From assembly GCA_963779755.1 (NCBI GenBank), contig CAVZZO010000001.1:576001-640000 (forward strand): DNA of 64,000 nt, written 5' to 3'. The notes under the pieces are model-generated. The model saw nothing but the letters and a program-made list of their open reading frames with translations, searched no databases and had not been told where the DNA came from. Below are positions 55,932-64,000 of this stretch, piece by piece. Each line of letters opens with the position of its first letter. Positions within the stretch are counted from its first letter, which is position 1. A program made the translations under genes and the position numbers. Origin of the DNA: an uncultured Gemmatimonadales bacterium. GTDB lineage: Bacteria; Gemmatimonadota; Gemmatimonadetes; Gemmatimonadales; GWC2-71-9.

Positions 55932-56803
55932 TGACGGACATGACGCGGATGCCCGGTGAGGGTGGAATCGCCTGCCATGAGGTGGGGGAACTCCTCAGCG
56001 CCTACCTGGATGACGAGCTCGCGCCACGCCGCACGGCGGAAGTATCGGCGCATCTCGAGCGCTGCGTGGACTGCCGGCGGGATCTCGCCAGGTTGCGGCG
56101 CACCGGCGACGCGATCCGACAGGTACTGGCTCCGCCGGCCACGCCGGACGTCCTCCGCGCCCGGGTGCGCGCTGCGATCCGGGAGGCCGACCCGCCGGCG
56201 GCCGGCGTCCGGCCCGGGCCGGAGCCGGCCTCGCGCAGGCGCCGGAGGTGGCGATGGCCCGCCGTAGCCGCGGCCGGGCTCGGCATCGCGGTGGCCAGCA
56301 GCGCCATCACCATCGCGGTGCTGAAGAGGCCGGCCGCCGCCGCGCCGGAGCTCGCCGCGCACGAAGCGGTGCAGAGCCATGTGCGCGCCCTGATGAGCGG
56401 CCGCATGATCGATGTGGCATCGAGCGACCAGCACACCGTCAAACCATGGTTCAACGGGCGGGTCGATTTCTCACCCGACGTGCCCCGACTCGATTCGCTC
56501 GGCTTTCCGCTGCGGGGCGGCCGGCTGGACCATGTGGGCGACCAGCCGGTAGCCGCGCTGGTATATGGACGGCGCAAGCACCTGATCGATGTCTTCACCC
56601 GGCCATGGGCAACGGGCGCGCGGTCGATTGCTGACACGGCCGTGATCACCGAGCGAGGGTACCACGTGCTGCACTGGGCCGGTAACGGGATGGAGTTCTG
56701 GGCGGTATCCGACCTTTCCGTGCCGGATCTCCGGCTCTTCGCCACGGCATTTGCGCGAACCGCGTATTCGGAACCGCCGCCAGGTTCTCCGAGCGTGCAG
56801 TAA
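55931..56803 (+). CDS. Zinc-finger (HxxxCxxC) transmembrane anti-sigma factor
   Basis: HLERCVDC, TM, SSDQHTVKPWF, GGRLD, WAVSD. Confidence 0.9.
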   Translation: MTDMTRMPGEGGIACHEVGELLSAYLDDELAPRRTAEVSAHLERCVDCRRDLARLRRTGDAIRQVLAPPATPDVLRARVRAAIREADPPAAGVRPGPEPASRRRRRWRWPAVAAAGLGIAVASSAITIAVLKRPAAAAPELAAHEAVQSHVRALMSGRMIDVASSDQHTVKPWFNGRVDFSPDVPRLDSLGFPLRGGRLDHVGDQPVAALVYGRRKHLIDVFTRPWATGARSIADTAVITERGYHVLHWAGNGMEFWAVSDLSVPDLRLFATAFARTAYSEPPPGSPSVQ

Positions 56804-57025
56804 CAGGGCGTGTCGGGCCGAGGGCCCTGGCCGCCCGATTGGCCCGCTCCCCTCCCCGCTCGCACCGCCGCACCCCGGCCCGCTCCACCCGGCTCCGGCC
56901 GTCCCCGGGTGAGGCGTCTGGACGGCCACCGGAGCGTGGGATACTTTGGCGGGTACTCCGGGTAGGTCGATTCGCGGCGTATGCCGGAGCCACCCCCAAG
57001 ATTCCTGCAGAAAGGACCCATCCCA

Positions 57026-57337
57026 ATGCGTTTCATGGTGCAGTTCTGGATTCCCACCGAGCACGGCAACGAGGTCGTTCGTTCGGGCAAAATCGAGAAG
57101 GTCATGAAGAAACTGGGCGAGGAGTTCAAGCCCGAGGCGATGTATTTCTATCCGGACGAGGGGATGCGCGCGGGTGCCATGTTTGTTCAAAGCGACAATC
57201 CGGCGATCTGCACCGCGCTCGGTGAACGCATGTGGTTCGGCCTGCAGGCCCGGATCAAGGTGACTCCCGTGATGAACGGCGAGGAACTCGGCAAGGGTCT
57301 GACGGAGATGGGGAAGATCCTCGAGAATTACGCCTGA
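57026..57337 (+). CDS. Small hypothetical protein (GYD/DUF3303-like)
   Basis: KPEAMYF..G.R, TPVMN..EL; AAAGGA SD. Confidence 0.75.
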   Translation: MRFMVQFWIPTEHGNEVVRSGKIEKVMKKLGEEFKPEAMYFYPDEGMRAGAMFVQSDNPAICTALGERMWFGLQARIKVTPVMNGEELGKGLTEMGKILENYA

Positions 57338-57382
57338 GGGAATGTCGCTCAGCCGGGCTGCCGTGGTAGCGCCGGCAGGCAA

Positions 57383-57402
57383 GCCCACAGATTACACAGA
57401 TT
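57383..57402. repeat. Single arm of the CAGATTAC element
   Basis: cccacagattacacagattt. Confidence 0.7.
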
Positions 57403-57637
57403 TGCTCCGGTCGCTCGCGTGGTTCCGCCGAGGATGGTCCACAGAGGGAGGCCTGAGCACGTGGCGCCTTGGGGGCCGGGCCCGCCGGAGCAGTCCGAGA
57501 ACTGGTCGATGCGCCCGGATACCGTGTTGCCGACGGCGAACGCGGGAAGCGCCGCATAGCCCACCGCAATCGCTTACCTTTCGCAGCCCATACGCCCTGC
57601 TCGTCGGCCCAGCGCACGCTTCCAGCATGGACCCGCC

Positions 57638-59580
57638 ATGACGCACTCAGATCGTTTTTCCCGCCTCGCGCTCACCCTGGCACTTACCCTCCTGCCGATC
57701 GGGGCTTCCGCGCAGCAGCCGGCAACCCGGCCGGCCGGGGCCGCGGCCGGGAAGGCAGCCCTTCCGATGCCGCGCAGCCTGCAGCAGGCCGTGGCCGCCG
57801 GGACCCGCACTGTCGCCGGCGCGCCGGGCCCCGGCTACTGGCAGAACCATGCCCGCTACGGCATCGAACTCGTGGTGAATCCCCCCTCGCCGACGGTGAC
57901 CGGCGTCGAAGAGATCGTCTACTACAACGAAAGCCCGGACACGCTGCGCCATCTCGGCTTCAAGCTGATCAACAACATCCACAAGCCGGGCACCGCCCGC
58001 AGCCGGGGGGTACCTCGCCCGAGTTTCTCACCGGCGGGGTGCAGATCGATTCGTTCGCCGTGAACGGCACGGCGGCTCCCTTTCCCCGGGGCCCGATGGT
58101 CTTTACCTCGCCCCGGGTGAACCTGCCGGCACCCCTCCTGCCCGGCGATTCCGTGCGCCTCGCCATCCGCTGGCACTACGATCTGGCGAAAGGCGCTGGG
58201 CGCGAGGGCGTCATCGACTCGACCACCTTCTATATCGCCTACTTCTATCCCGAGGTCGCCGTCTACGACGACTACCAGGGCTGGGACGACATCGAGTTCA
58301 ACGGCCGGCAGGAGTTCTATACCGACTTCAACGACTACGATCTGAAGGTCCGGGTTCCGGCTGGCTACGTCGTCTGGGCCACGGGGGATCTGGAGAACCC
58401 GGATGAGCTGCTCCAGCCGGAGCCGCTCGCGCGCTACAAGACGTCGTTTGCCGCGGACACGGTGGTGCACATCGCGACGCGGGCGCAGATGCTCGCGCAT
58501 CAGGTGACGAAGAGCGACTCCGCCCTGACGTGGCACTTCACCGCGCACGACATTCCCGACGTGGCGCTGGGACTGAGCGATCACTACGACTGGGACGGCA
58601 CCAGCGTGGTGGTGGACGACCAGGCGCACCGCCGGGTGAGCGTGCAGTCGGCCTACAACGAGGGCGCCCCGGATTACCCCCACATGGCGGAGTGGGTGCG
58701 CCACGCGCTCGATTACTTCTCGCACCAGTGGCCCGGTGTGCCCTATCCCTATCCGAAGATGACCGCGTTCCAGGGTTACGCCGACATGGAGTACCCCATG
58801 ATGATCAACGATGCCGCGGAGCCCGACACCGCGACCTCGCGTTTCATCGCGGACCACGAGATCGCCCATACCTACATGCCCTTCTACATGGGCATCGACC
58901 AGACCCGCTGGGGGTTCATGGACGAGGGCTGGGCCACCGCCTTCGAATATTTCATCAATCGTGCGGACAATGGCGCGGCGTGGGCGGACAGCCTCTTCCG
59001 CGCGTTCCGGGTGTCCGGCTGGATCCACGACCCCTCGCCCGCCGAGGATGTTCCCATCATCACGCCCGAGGATGTGCTCGGCGCCAGCGTCTCTTACGCC
59101 CACAACGCCTACGGCAAGGCCGCCCTCGGTTATCTGGCTCTCCACGACCTGCTGGGCGACGCGACGTTCCGGAAGGCGCTCCATGCCTACATGGCCGCCT
59201 GGCACGGCAAGCACCCCTCGCCCTGGGACTTCTTCTACTCGTTCAATGCGGCCAGCGGGCAGGATCTGAACTGGTTCTGGAAGGCCTGGTACTTCGAACC
59301 CAGCTACATCGACCTCGCGCTCGCGGACGTACGCCCCAGCGCCGGCGGCTACACGCTGACCGTCCGCAATGTCGGCAGCATGCCGGCGCCGTTCGACGTG
59401 GTGCTCCAGTTCGCCGACGGCTCGACCCACCGGGTGCACCAGACGCCCGCGGTGTGGCAGCAGAACATGGGGACCGCCACGGTGCGTGTGAAGACGGCCA
59501 GGACGCTGCGCTCGGCCAGGCTGGACGGCGGCATCTGGATGGATGCGACGCCGGGGGACAATGAGTGGAGGGCGAAGTAG
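57638..59580 (+). pseudogene. M1 family metallopeptidase split by a 1-nt frameshift at G6 (58005-58010)
   Basis: N-part (signal, PGPGYWQN, YYNESPDTL) and C-part (DMEYP, HEIAH, MDEG) in different frames; may be an assembly error. Confidence 0.8.
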
Positions 59581-59740
59581 CCTCACCCCCTGACCCCTCT
59601 CCACTGCGTGGAGAGGGGAGCCGCTTGCTGCCGTGATTGCGAGGGCGCCGAGCGCCCGAAGCAATCTCCCCGGATGCCGGCAAGGAGCTCCCCCCTGTCA
59701 CCCTTCGGCCCCTTCGCCGCGCTCAGGGTGAGTCACCCTT
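59581..59740. repeat. Cluster of three different REP-like hairpins between convergent genes
   Basis: cccctctcca..tggagagggg; gattgc..gcaatc; tcaccct..agggtga. Confidence 0.6.
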
Positions 59741-59746
59741 CCCCAT

Positions 59747-60307
59747 CTAGATCTTCCCGGCCACGATGTGCGCCACCGGCTCCTTGTACGTGCTCCGCCC
59801 GGCGATCACCACGTAGTAGCCGTCCTTCGCGAACCAGAGCCCGCCCTGCGCATCATAGAACGCGCCGGGGAGGTCGGCAGGTGCCTGGTGGTCGGTGCTG
59901 CGATTGCCGGTCTGGTTCATCTGGTAGTCGTCGTCGGTCATGTAGCTGACCTGCGTCTCCAGACTGTTGGTGATGTAGGAGCAGTAATTGTCGGTCGGCA
60001 GGGTGCCCGGCGCCTTGTCGGGATGCGCCTCCGCCTTCTCGATTCCGAGCTGCGACAGCTCCGCCGCGGTGAGCGATTGGCACGGCTGGTTGTTGAAGGG
60101 CACCTTGGGCACCTTCGGCGGCTTCGGCTTGCCGAAGGGGAACATCGTGTCGGCCGCCGCCGAATCTACCGCGTCAGCCGCGGCGTTGAGCGAATCGACC
60201 GCCGCCTGCGACTGCCCCTTGCCGCCCTTGCTGCACCCGACCAGCGCCAGTGCACCGAGCACAACCGCACCGAGCGCCCCGATTCGAACCACCCGTGAAC
60301 TCTTCAT
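59747..60307 (-). CDS. Lipoprotein (DUF3558-like)
   Basis: LVGC lipobox; PCQSLTAAELSQLG..CSY. Confidence 0.7.
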   Translation of the reverse strand: MKSSRVVRIGALGAVVLGALALVGCSKGGKGQSQAAVDSLNAAADAVDSAAADTMFPFGKPKPPKVPKVPFNNQPCQSLTAAELSQLGIEKAEAHPDKAPGTLPTDNYCSYITNSLETQVSYMTDDDYQMNQTGNRSTDHQAPADLPGAFYDAQGGLWFAKDGYYVVIAGRSTYKEPVAHIVAGKI

Positions 60308-60446
60308 GGGGAAGATCTCTCCGGACGAGGGTGAACCGACCAATTCTGGCACCCGCCACGAAGATATATCCCTGGAAGCCGCAGCGTGCAGACCGCACCC
60401 CCTGTCTCCCTCTCCACGGGGGGACCGGACTGAAGCGTCGTCGGTT

Positions 60447-60680
60447 TCAGCCCAGGTGGCGCCCAGCGGCTGTCATGGTTGGGCCGGCGGAGGCGCCGGG
60501 TGGATACTCCACCATGATCATCATGGTTTCCTTGCCCGGCAGGTCCGGCAGCTGTTTCGTCATGAGCGGCGTGACCACGGCTTCCTGGGCGACGAGCCGG
60601 CCGCCGACGGCGCACAGCAGAACGGCCACCAGCGCCGCCCGGCGGACAGGCGTACTGCGTTTCGCGCGGTTGTGGCTCAT
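60447..60680 (-). pseudogene. 3'-truncated secreted cupin
   Basis: Signal peptide, LPDLPGKETMMIMVEYPPGA, then similarity lost before the HxH motif. Confidence 0.7.
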
Positions 60681-60759
60681 GGGAGATTGTCTCCTTTGAG
60701 GGCGTCCCGGCTCACCCGCCCGGGCGCCCTCGTACGTTGAATGCGTGAGGCCCGCCGGT

Positions 60760-61551
60760 CTAGCGAACGGCTTTGGCCGCCTGTGGTGTAGCCGCCTTCG
60801 TGCCGCGCGGGGCCCGGCTCCGCCACTCTTCGAGGGTGATCTCCCCCAGCTGCGCATCATCTCCCGGTACCAGCATGCGGTCGCTCAGGACCTGTCCGAA
60901 GTAACGCGCCTGCTGGTCGGCGATCACCTTGCGCGGGTCCTTCCGAGCCGCGAGGGTCTGCCGGATCAGCTCGTCGAACTGAAACTGTTCCGGCCCGGCC
61001 ACTTCCACCGTGCCGTTGACCGGCGGTCCCATGGCCACGCGCGCCACCGCCTTCGCCACATCATCGGCCGCTATGGGCTGGAACCGAACCGGCGCGACGC
61101 GAACGGTGGTGCCGACGGTCGCCGCGTCGGCGATGCGATCGATGAATTCGAAGAACTGCGTGGCATGGACGATCGAGTACGGGAGTCGGGAGGCCTTGAT
61201 CAGCGCCTCCTGGGCGACTTTGGCCCGCATGTAGCCGCTCTCGGTGAATCGGTCGGTACCCACGACCGAAAGGGCGACGTAATGGCGGACGCCCGCCGCG
61301 GTGGCGGCTGCGAGGATGTTGCGGGTCGAGGTGGTGAAGAAGCGCATCGCCGCCTCGTCCTCGAAGGAAGGGGAGTTCGAAACGTCGACCACCACCTCAG
61401 CGCCGGCCAGGGCCTGCGCAAGGCCCTCGCCCGTCAGGGAATTGACCCCCGTGTCAGGTGAGGCGGGGACGACCTCGTGGCCGTTCTTCCGGAGGTCAGT
61501 GACGACCCTGGAGCCGATGCGGCCCGTCCCGCCGATAATCACGACTTTCAT
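60760..61551 (-). CDS. NmrA/SDR-like NAD(P)H-binding oxidoreductase
   Basis: VIIGGTGRIG, SGYMRAK, ATQFFEF, QPIAADDVA. Confidence 0.9.
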   Translation of the reverse strand: MKVVIIGGTGRIGSRVVTDLRKNGHEVVPASPDTGVNSLTGEGLAQALAGAEVVVDVSNSPSFEDEAAMRFFTTSTRNILAAATAAGVRHYVALSVVGTDRFTESGYMRAKVAQEALIKASRLPYSIVHATQFFEFIDRIADAATVGTTVRVAPVRFQPIAADDVAKAVARVAMGPPVNGTVEVAGPEQFQFDELIRQTLAARKDPRKVIADQQARYFGQVLSDRMLVPGDDAQLGEITLEEWRSRAPRGTKAATPQAAKAVR

Positions 61552-61581
61552 GATTGAGTCCGGTTCAGGTTACAGTGTTGA

Positions 61582-62454
61582 TCAGCGCGTCGCCGCAGCG
61601 ACCATCTTGCTCCGCGGACTCGGTGCCGTATCCAGGCTCCGCAGGAAATTGAGGAGCTCGGTGTTCACCTCATCCTGATGCGTGGCGGTGATGCCGTGCG
61701 GCGCGCCGGGGTAGTAGACGTCCTGGGCGCCCGGAATGAGCCGGGCCGACTTCACCGCCGAGTCCCGCACCGGGACGACCTGGTCGTCCTCACCGTGCAG
61801 GATCAGCGTCGGGACGTCGAACTTCTTCAGGTCTTCGGTGAAGTCGGTCTCGCTGAAGGCCTTGATGCAGTCGTAGGCGTTCTTGAGGCCCGATTGCATG
61901 CTCCAGACCCTGAACTGATCCAGGATGCCCTCGGAAACCTTCGCTCCCGGGCGGTTGGCCCCGTAGAACATGTGGGCAAAGTCCCGGAAGAACTGCGAGC
62001 GATCCGCCGCCAGACTGGCGCGCAGCCCGTCGAACACCTCGATGGGGATGCCTTCCGGGTTGGCGGCCGTCTTCAGCATGAGGGGCGGGACCGCCGCGAT
62101 CAGCACGGCCGCGGCCACCCGCTCGGTGCCGTGTCGGCCGATGTAGCGGGCGACTTCTCCGCCGCCGGTCGAGTGGCCCACCAGCGTCACACCGGTGAGA
62201 TCCAGGGCCTCGATCACCGCCGCCAGGTCGTTGGCGTAGGTGTCCATGTCGTTGCCGTCCGACGTCTGGGTGGACCGGCCGTGGCCCCGGCGGTCGTGCG
62301 CGACTGCGCGGAAGCCGTTCTGGGCCAGAAACAGCATCTGGCCGTCCCACGCGTCGGCATTCAACGGCCACCCGTGGGAGAAGACGACGGCGGGACCGGC
62401 GCCCCAGTCCTTGTAGTAGATCGCGGTGCCGTCCGGCGTGGTGATGGTACTCAT
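61582..62454 (-). CDS. Non-heme chloroperoxidase/perhydrolase-type alpha/beta hydrolase
   Basis: YYKDWG, SHGWP, HDRRGHG, GHSTGG, HGEDDQ, APHG. Confidence 0.92.
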   Translation of the reverse strand: MSTITTPDGTAIYYKDWGAGPAVVFSHGWPLNADAWDGQMLFLAQNGFRAVAHDRRGHGRSTQTSDGNDMDTYANDLAAVIEALDLTGVTLVGHSTGGGEVARYIGRHGTERVAAAVLIAAVPPLMLKTAANPEGIPIEVFDGLRASLAADRSQFFRDFAHMFYGANRPGAKVSEGILDQFRVWSMQSGLKNAYDCIKAFSETDFTEDLKKFDVPTLILHGEDDQVVPVRDSAVKSARLIPGAQDVYYPGAPHGITATHQDEVNTELLNFLRSLDTAPSPRSKMVAAATR

Positions 62455-62558
62455 GGTTGCCTCCTTGGAGGGAAGGTTGGTCTGCAAGGAGGAAGATCGG
62501 GCCCGGGGAGGCGGGTCGCGTCCGTTGAACTCCCCAGTCAGGACCCCAGCCGGCGGGG

Positions 62559-64000
62559 TCAGTGAAGAGGCTGGAGCTGCTCTAGGCTGGACAGTGCGCC
62601 CCGGAGGCTCCGGCGCGACTTGATCCCCAGCTTGGTGAAGACCTTCCGCAAGTGGTACTCGGCGGTGCGGGGACTGATGAACAGCTGGCTGCCGATCTCC
62701 GGATTGGTGTGGCCCTCCGCCGCGAGCCGGGCGATCTGGGCCTCCTGGGGCGTCAGGTGGTTCCACACTGCGGCCGTACGCTTGCGCACGGTCTCCCCGG
62801 TGGCCCGCAACTCGGTGAGGGCACGTTCGGCGAAGGCGTTGGCCCCGATGCGGCCGAGCAGCGTGTGGGCGGTCCGGAGTTGCTCACGCGCATCCACGCG
62901 CCGGTTCTCGCGCCGCAGCCACTCGCCGTACAGCAGGTGGGTGCGCGCGAGATGCACCACGATCCGGGTACGTGCCAGCCGGTCGATCGCCTCCCGGTAC
63001 AGGGCGTCCGCGGCGGTGCCCTCGCTGAGGAGCGCGCGAGAGCGGGCCAGCACACCCAGCGCCCATTCGGTGCCGGCCGCGCGGGTCCGCCGCTCGAGCT
63101 CTTCCAGGGCCGCCGCTGCCGCATCCCCGGCGCCGCTCCGGGCACCCGATTCGACCAGCTCGACCAGCGACCAGCCGTAGAAGCCCAAGTCTTCGAAATC
63201 GCAGGCACGCTGGGCCCCGGCGAGCGCGGCCGGGTAGCGGCCGAGCCCGTTGTACAACACGGCGGTCACATAGCCGATCAGGCCGATAGCCCGCCCCTCC
63301 CCCCGGGCCATCGCGTCCCTGGTACAGGCCGCGATCATGCGTACGGCCGGCGCCTCCTGGCCCCGCCAGGCGGCGAGGATCAGATGGGTGTAGCGGAGGG
63401 GCGGATACCCCGTGGCCGCGGTAATGGCATCGGCTTCCTCCAGCAGCTCCGAGGCCGCGTTGAACTCGCCGGCGTGCACGTGCATGCCGGCGCGATAGCT
63501 CAGCGCAATGGGCAGAGTCGTGAGGGCCCCGGCCTCGCGCGCCACCCGCACCGAGCTGGTCGCCAGGTCGTGCCAGGCCTCGTCGTCCCACACCTCCAGG
63601 GCGAGTGGCTCCGGGGCCACCGGGCACGCGGTCCACAGCCAGTGCAGGGTACCCGTCCGGCTGTGGCCCCGACGCTGGCGGAGGGCGAGGAGCGCCTCCC
63701 GGAGCGGCTCCACGCCGGAGAGGTACCCTTCGGTGAACAGCCTGGCGACGGCGTCGAGCAGGCCATCGTCGGGCAGCGGCGTGGGTAACCTGGGCGGCGC
63801 GGTCCGGGCGGCTTCCGCTGCCTGCCGCACCGCCAGGCGTCCCAGCCGGCCGACGAAGATCGCGGCGCCGATCGCCTCGAGGTAGGTGTCCCGAGCCAGG
63901 CCCGCATCGAGGCTGACGAGATGTGCGGCCGCCTCGAGCAGCAGGGGAGGAGCGTCGCTGCCCCGGTTCCGCGCGAAGACGATCTCGGCCCGCATGCGCG
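62559..64000 (-). CDS. Large LuxR-family (LAL/MalT-like) regulator, 5' partial
   Basis: [51 protein letters not shown]; runs off the window. Confidence 0.9.
   Translation of the reverse strand, partial: RMRAEIVFARNRGSDAPPLLLEAAAHLVSLDAGLARDTYLEAIGAAIFVGRLGRLAVRQAAEAARTAPPRLPTPLPDDGLLDAVARLFTEGYLSGVEPLREALLALRQRRGHSRTGTLHWLWTACPVAPEPLALEVWDDEAWHDLATSSVRVAREAGALTTLPIALSYRAGMHVHAGEFNAASELLEEADAITAATGYPPLRYTHLILAAWRGQEAPAVRMIAACTRDAMARGEGRAIGLIGYVTAVLYNGLGRYPAALAGAQRACDFEDLGFYGWSLVELVESGARSGAGDAAAAALEELERRTRAAGTEWALGVLARSRALLSEGTAADALYREAIDRLARTRIVVHLARTHLLYGEWLRRENRRVDAREQLRTAHTLLGRIGANAFAERALTELRATGETVRKRTAAVWNHLTPQEAQIARLAAEGHTNPEIGSQLFISPRTAEYHLRKVFTKLGIKSRRSLRGALSSLEQLQPLH

Noticed and set aside
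58001..58015. Programmed -1 ribosomal frameshift
   Set aside because: C GGG GGG is not a typical bacterial slippery site, and I know of no recoding precedent in M1 peptidases; error or mutation is more likely.

Overview
This is a high-GC bacterial chromosomal window. Gene style suggests Gemmatimonadota, but that is an inference. It holds about 65 mostly accessory or housekeeping genes: an RND efflux operon with its OmpR-type two-component system, lspA, M61/M13/M1 peptidases, a three-gene beta-propeller cluster, a Rieske oxygenase alpha subunit, many small redox or detox enzymes, a PAS-PAS-GGDEF protein, a Ser/Thr kinase-BRCT fusion, an ECF sigma/anti-sigma pair divergent from a metallophosphoesterase-cupredoxin fusion, and a partial large LuxR-type regulator. 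I recognised no rRNA, tRNA, CRISPR-cas, transposase, integrase or reverse transcriptase. The most unusual content is non-coding. First, a family of elements with 9-nt-periodic inverted arms (TCCACAGATTAC[AG]CAGAT ... ATC[GT]G[CT]GTAATCTGTGGA) forms a ~164-bp satellite (44.5-45.6 kb) and brackets a near-identical 180-bp copy of the neighbouring Rieske gene 3' end (17.6-17.8 kb). Second, heptamer and nonamer arrays sit at gene termini. Third, several promoters can be read directly, including exactly mirrored GGAATA-N17-GTCCAC ECF promoters. Fourth, there are several deletion or frameshift scars. All functional calls come from motif recognition by eye; no database searches were run.
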